From contig CAWJSC010000005.1 in NCBI GenBank assembly GCA_963845425.1, positions 238,246-302,245 of the forward strand: DNA of 64,000 nucleotides, written 5' to 3'. This DNA is from an uncultured Microthrixaceae bacterium (GTDB taxonomy: Bacteria; Actinomycetota; Acidimicrobiia; Acidimicrobiales; DATDAH01). A program made the position numbers and the translations under genes. Positions 59,640 to 64,000 of the stretch are shown here, one piece after another (the stretch's first letter is position 1; the number at the start of each line of letters is the position of its first letter). A model generated the notes under the pieces. That model was not told the origin of the DNA. It ran no database searches and was given only the letters and a program-made list of their open reading frames with translations.

Positions 59640-60445
59640 CCCGGGCCGTCGTCGTCAGCGGGGCCGGCAATGGGCTCGGCGCCTCGATCGCCCACGCCGC
59701 GGCCGGTACCGGGTGGACCGTCGGCGTCCTCGACCGCGACGCCGATGCCGTGGCGCAGGTGGCCCAGGACATAGGAACGCCGGCGGTGCCCCTCCTCGCC
59801 GACATCTCCGACGAAGGCGCCGTCGACGTGGCCCTCGATGCCTTCGCCGAGGCCACGGGTCAGCCCGCCCCCGACGCGCTGGTGGCCAACGCCGGCATCG
59901 TCCGCTTCGGGCCGCTGGCTGACCTCGACCTGGCCGACTGGAGGGCCGTGGTCGATGTCAACCTCACCGGCACCTTCGTCACCGCTCGCGCCGTGGCCCG
60001 TCGGATGCTCGCCGCGGAATCGACCGGTGCGATCGTGACCGTGACGTCCATGAACGGAGTGGCCGCCGGGCCGAATGCCGGGGCCTACGGCGCCACGAAG
60101 GCCGGGATCGCCCGCCTGACCACCCAGATGGCCCTCGAGTGGGGACCGCACGGCATTCGGTGCAATGCGGTGGCCCCCGGCCTGATCGACGGGGGCATGT
60201 CCGAGCCCATCTACGCCGATGCCGACATCCGGCAGCGTCGGGCCGGCCGCGTGCCGTTGGGCCGGTTGGGAACCAGCGACGATGTCGCCGGCGTGGTCCT
60301 GTTCCTGTTGTCCGATGCCGCCGGCTACGTCAACGGCACCGAGATCCTCGTCGACGGTGGGGTCACGGCCAGCGTGATCAGCACGCTGCCCCGGCCACGG
60401 TCGGTGGACTCGGCCGGCGCCGATGCCGATTCGGACCCGAGGTGA
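59636..60445 (+). CDS. SDR family oxidoreductase
   Basis: GTGA overlap with the upstream stop. VVSGAGNGLG, NAGI, catalytic S...YGATKAG, GYVNGTEILVDGG. Confidence 0.85.
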   Translation: MTRAVVVSGAGNGLGASIAHAAAGTGWTVGVLDRDADAVAQVAQDIGTPAVPLLADISDEGAVDVALDAFAEATGQPAPDALVANAGIVRFGPLADLDLADWRAVVDVNLTGTFVTARAVARRMLAAESTGAIVTVTSMNGVAAGPNAGAYGATKAGIARLTTQMALEWGPHGIRCNAVAPGLIDGGMSEPIYADADIRQRRAGRVPLGRLGTSDDVAGVVLFLLSDAAGYVNGTEILVDGGVTASVISTLPRPRSVDSAGADADSDPR

Positions 60446-61149
60446 CGGCCAATCTCCTGCTGTCCGGTGGGCCGACCCACGACTTCGCCGCCAGCTCGGA
60501 CCGGCTGGGTGAGCTGCTCTCGGTTGAAGGCATCGATTCGTTGGTGGAGGACGATCTCCATCGGGGCATCGAGCGCCTCCTCGACCCTGACGTCGTCTGG
60601 GACATGGTCACCGTGAACGCCCTCCGGTGGACCATGGGGGCCGAGCGCCACCGCCACCTCAGGGACGAGTGGGCCTTCGTCCTCACCGCGGAGGAGGCCG
60701 ATGCGATGGCGGCCCACGTACGTGGCGGCGGCGGTCTCCTGGCCCTGCACACGGCGGTGATCTGCTTCGACACCCGACCGGCATGGCACGAGACGGTGGG
60801 CGCCTCCTGGGACTGGGACCGCTCATCGCACCCACCGCTCGGCGAGATCTCGGTGACGGTCACCGACGCCGGTCGGCGCCATCCGCTCACCACCGGCCTC
60901 GAGTCGTTCTCCATCGTCGACGAGGCCTATGGCTTCCTCCGCGAGGAACCCGGCATCGTCCCGCTCCTCACCGCCGAGCACGGCGGCCGGGACCACCCCG
61001 TGCTGTGGGCCCGCCCGGTCGGCGCCGGCAGGGTCGTCACCGACCTGCTGGGCCATGACGCGTCGTCGTTCGCCCACCCGACCCATGCCGAGATCCTCCG
61101 TCGAGCGGCCCGGTGGGTCGCCGGGAGCCGAGCCGAGGAGCAGCGATGA
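60442..61149 (+). CDS. ThuA domain protein
   Basis: GTGA overlap with the SDR stop. LLLSGGPTHDF, GGGLLALHTA, HPLTTGLESFSIVDEAY and GAGRVVTDLLGH match the ThuA pattern. Confidence 0.7.
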   Translation: MTANLLLSGGPTHDFAASSDRLGELLSVEGIDSLVEDDLHRGIERLLDPDVVWDMVTVNALRWTMGAERHRHLRDEWAFVLTAEEADAMAAHVRGGGGLLALHTAVICFDTRPAWHETVGASWDWDRSSHPPLGEISVTVTDAGRRHPLTTGLESFSIVDEAYGFLREEPGIVPLLTAEHGGRDHPVLWARPVGAGRVVTDLLGHDASSFAHPTHAEILRRAARWVAGSRAEEQR

Positions 61150-61219
61150 GCGTTGAAGACGATCGGCGGGCCGAAGAGGCCCGCAAGCCGATGAGCCGTC
61201 AGGCGAAGAGGCATCAGCG

Positions 61220-62428
61220 ATGAGCGAGCCGAACACCGTCACCGTCACGACCTACGAGCAGGCCCGCGAGGCCTATCGACAAAAGGACCTCCGTCAGGCG
61301 CTGTACGACGAGGGCGACGTGGTGATGGCCGATGTCCTCGTGAACCTCCACGGTGACGAGCACCGGGCCCGCCGTCGCCTCGAGAACCGCCTGTTCCGGC
61401 GGGACACCCATGCCCGCTACGAGCACGACTTCTTCCCACCGGTGGTCGAGGCGACGCTCGCTCCCCACGTCGAGCGGGGTCGGGCCGAGCTGGTCAGCCT
61501 CAGCCACGAGATGATGATGAACCTCGCGGCGGTGACCGCCGGGGTCGACCGGCCCGCGGCGACGCCGGAGGAGTCGGCCCACCTGTACGCCTACCTCGTG
61601 GTGTTCATCGAGGGTGCCACCCTCGCCCACTACGCCGGTGACCGTGAGGCCAAGCGGGCCGAGGTCGCCGCCGCGCTCGAAGCCTTCGACGCCGAGTTCC
61701 TCGCCCCGTCGATCGCCCGACGTCGGGTTCTGCTGGCCGGGGTCGCCGCCGGTGACCGGAGCGAGGACGATCTGCCCCGCGACGTCCTCACCACGCTCCT
61801 GGCCCACGACGACGACCTCCACCTCCCCCCTGAGGCGCTCCGCCGCGAGATCGCCTTCTTCCTGCTCGCCGGCGCCCACACCAGTGCCACCGCCTTCGTC
61901 CGCACGCTGCACCACGTCCTGACCATGGCCGCGACCCGGCCGGCCGACCACGAGCAGGCCCGCACCGACCTGGGCTTCCTGCAGCGCTGCGTGCACGAGA
62001 CCGTCCGGCTGCAGCCCTCGAGTCCCGTCGCCATGCGCTGGGCCCTGTCCGACATCGAGCTGTCGGGTGGGGTCCAGGTGCCTGCGGGGTCCCGACTGGT
62101 CATCGACCTCATGGCGGTCAACCGCGACCCGTCGGTGTTCGGCCCGAACGCCGACGCCTTCGACCCGAGGCGTCCCTTGCCGGCCGGGGTCGCCCCGTGG
62201 GGGCTCAGCTTCGGCCTCGGCATGCACGCCTGCATCGGCCAGGACCTCGCGGCAGGCATCGATCCGCTGGGTCGGGCGGTGGCCGAGGACCACCTCTACG
62301 GGCTCGTGCCCGTGGCCGTCCGCGCCGTGCTCGACGCGGGCGCCGTGTTCGACCCCGACGATCCCCCGAGCCTCGATCCCGACACCACCCGTGGCTACTG
62401 GGGCCGCTATCCCGTGCGGTTCCCGTGA
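61220..62428 (+). CDS. Cytochrome P450
   Basis: I-helix AGAHTS, ExxR (HETVRL), heme-binding loop FGLGMHACIGQ. Confidence 0.9.
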   Translation: MSEPNTVTVTTYEQAREAYRQKDLRQALYDEGDVVMADVLVNLHGDEHRARRRLENRLFRRDTHARYEHDFFPPVVEATLAPHVERGRAELVSLSHEMMMNLAAVTAGVDRPAATPEESAHLYAYLVVFIEGATLAHYAGDREAKRAEVAAALEAFDAEFLAPSIARRRVLLAGVAAGDRSEDDLPRDVLTTLLAHDDDLHLPPEALRREIAFFLLAGAHTSATAFVRTLHHVLTMAATRPADHEQARTDLGFLQRCVHETVRLQPSSPVAMRWALSDIELSGGVQVPAGSRLVIDLMAVNRDPSVFGPNADAFDPRRPLPAGVAPWGLSFGLGMHACIGQDLAAGIDPLGRAVAEDHLYGLVPVAVRAVLDAGAVFDPDDPPSLDPDTTRGYWGRYPVRFP

Positions 62429-63447
62429 TCGACGTCCATGCCCACGTCGTGCTCGAGGCGGCCCTCGGCGCGGCCGGGTCCTACGGGCCCGAGTTGGACG
62501 AGGGCGACGAGGCGATGGGCCGACCCCCCTGCTTCCGCGTCGGGAGCTTCGTGCTCGAGGGCGTTCGTTACCGGGGGACCGCCTTCATGGACCTCGAGGT
62601 CCGCCTGGCCCGCATGGACGCGCTCGGCATCGACCTGCAGGTCCTGTCGCCCAACCCCCTCACCTACTTCCACCACATCGAAGCGGAGCGGGCGGTGACC
62701 TTCTGCCGACGTCACAACGAGGCCATGGCCGCGCTGGTGGACACTGAGCCGGCGCGGCTGGCGGGGTTGGCCCAGTTGCCGCTCCAGGACCCGGAAGCCG
62801 CGGCCCGGGAGCTGCGGCGCGCCGTCACCGACCTCGGCCTGCTCGGGGCCTACATCGGCACCGATCCCGGGCGTCCCCTCGACGACGCGTCGCTCGACGT
62901 GGTCTACGCCGCCTGCACCGAGCTCGACGTGCCGCTGTTCGTCCACCCCGCGCCGGCGGGCATCGACGGGCCGTCCCGCGATGAACGCCTGGAGCGCTTC
63001 GACGCCGAGTTGTGGCTGGGCTTCGCTTACGAGGAGGCCCTGGCTGTGGCCGCCCTCGTGCTCGGCGGCGTGCTCGGCCGCCACCCGGCCCTCGACGTGT
63101 GCGTCTCCCACGGCGGGGGCGCCACCAGTTGGCTGGCGGAACGGATGGCCCATGCCGCCCGCACCCGGTCCTGGGCCGACGAGGACCTGCGCCGCGACGG
63201 CGAGGTCGAGGCTCGCCTCGGACGCCTGTGGTGGGACGCCCACGTGGGCGGCCCGGACGCGCTGGCGGCCCTCCTCCGGGTGTTCGGGCCCGATCACCTC
63301 GTGGCCGGGACCAACCTGGCGGGCTGGGACGCGGCCGCGGACCCCAGCGGCGGTGACGGCGCGCTGGCCGCCACGATGGATGCCAACGCCCGTCGCCTGC
63401 TCCGTCTCGATCGCCGGGACACCCGCCAGCGCCGGGCGGTCGGCTGA
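62425..63447 (+). CDS. Amidohydrolase-2 family protein (ACMSD-like decarboxylase/hydratase)
   Basis: GTGA overlap with the P450 stop. VIDVHAHV N-terminal metal motif, LFVHP, VSHGGG and AGTN fit PF04909-type enzymes. Confidence 0.75.
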   Translation: MIDVHAHVVLEAALGAAGSYGPELDEGDEAMGRPPCFRVGSFVLEGVRYRGTAFMDLEVRLARMDALGIDLQVLSPNPLTYFHHIEAERAVTFCRRHNEAMAALVDTEPARLAGLAQLPLQDPEAAARELRRAVTDLGLLGAYIGTDPGRPLDDASLDVVYAACTELDVPLFVHPAPAGIDGPSRDERLERFDAELWLGFAYEEALAVAALVLGGVLGRHPALDVCVSHGGGATSWLAERMAHAARTRSWADEDLRRDGEVEARLGRLWWDAHVGGPDALAALLRVFGPDHLVAGTNLAGWDAAADPSGGDGALAATMDANARRLLRLDRRDTRQRRAVG

Positions 63448-63454
63448 GGCGGGA

Positions 63455-64000
63455 TCAGTCCGAGGCGGCGAACCAGTTGGCATGGAAGCCGAAGGGCATG
63501 CGGTGGGTCAGATGGACCCGAGCGATGGGGCCGGCGGACACGTCCCGGGCGTCCAGCACGCACACATCGGTGCGCTCCACGGCCGAGTCGTACACCGCGT
63601 TGACCAACCACCCGTCGTCCTCAGCGGAGCCCTGGGGATCGGGGGCGAAGACGCTCTCGCCGACGTGCCCGTCGGCCCCGGCGTTCCAGACTTGGCGGGC
63701 ACCGGTGGCGTCGTCGTACTTCACGATGCTGTCGAAGTCGCCGAGCCGTCGGTCCGGCGCGACGGTCGCGGACATGTAGCGGTGGCGTGAGCGCACGCCG
63801 TCGAAGTCGTCGTTGAAACGGCAGAAGTCTCCGCCCAGGTCATCGGTCTGCTCCCAGCCGGCGGTGTCGGTGGCGAGGTCGACCCAGAAGCGCGCCGGGA
63901 ACGGGGGGTCGTCGTCGCCGGCCCGTCGGTCGAGGGGGGCCGAGGCATCGATGCCGAAGTCCGGGTGTTCGAACCGGGTGCCGGAGAACTCGATGCGGTC
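63455..64000 (-). CDS. Carotenoid oxygenase family dioxygenase, C-terminal part (5' end beyond the window)
   Basis: The frame is open to the window edge: ...FWVDLATDTAGWEQ...CRFNDDFDGVR.RHRYMS...GESVFAP...DDGWLVNAVYD...VCVLDARDV..GPIARVHLTHRMPFGFHANW. Confidence 0.8.
   Translation of the reverse strand, partial: DRIEFSGTRFEHPDFGIDASAPLDRRAGDDDPPFPARFWVDLATDTAGWEQTDDLGGDFCRFNDDFDGVRSRHRYMSATVAPDRRLGDFDSIVKYDDATGARQVWNAGADGHVGESVFAPDPQGSAEDDGWLVNAVYDSAVERTDVCVLDARDVSAGPIARVHLTHRMPFGFHANWFAASD

Overview
High-GC (about 70% by eye) actinobacterial chromosomal segment. Rpf, WS/DGAT, CofC, a PIG-L deacetylase and polyphosphate glucokinase support the phylum call. Most of it is metabolic housekeeping: thiolase, enoyl-CoA hydratase and acyl-CoA dehydrogenase genes, lutABC, a sugar ABC transporter, a split Liv-type ABC transporter, gpsA, selD and rnhB. 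The 3' third looks like a catabolic island with a cytochrome P450, two carotenoid-oxygenase paralogs, amidohydrolases, an SDR and a ThuA-like protein. No rRNA, tRNA or CRISPR array was found. Four observations stand out. (1) Eight copies of a palindromic element are each exactly 54 nt long (GTTCTGG...CCAGAAC arms, with an AAATTGCG...GTCACGC variant). They sit at gene ends and in operon spacers, one supplies a stop codon, and one is inserted in frame inside a 615-aa ORF. (2) About 20 +/-1 frame breaks interrupt otherwise well-conserved genes, which points to homopolymer-type sequence errors or recent pseudogenisation. (3) A 9-bp/54-bp tandem repeat encodes a Ser-Ile-Gly repeat protein with a C-terminal membrane anchor, convergent with an orphan selD. 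(4) Two paralogous membrane-anchored sulfatase/LTA-synthase-like genes flank a GH38 alpha-mannosidase. An IS1182-family transposase remnant is also present. All functional calls come from motif recognition by eye, and no database search was run.
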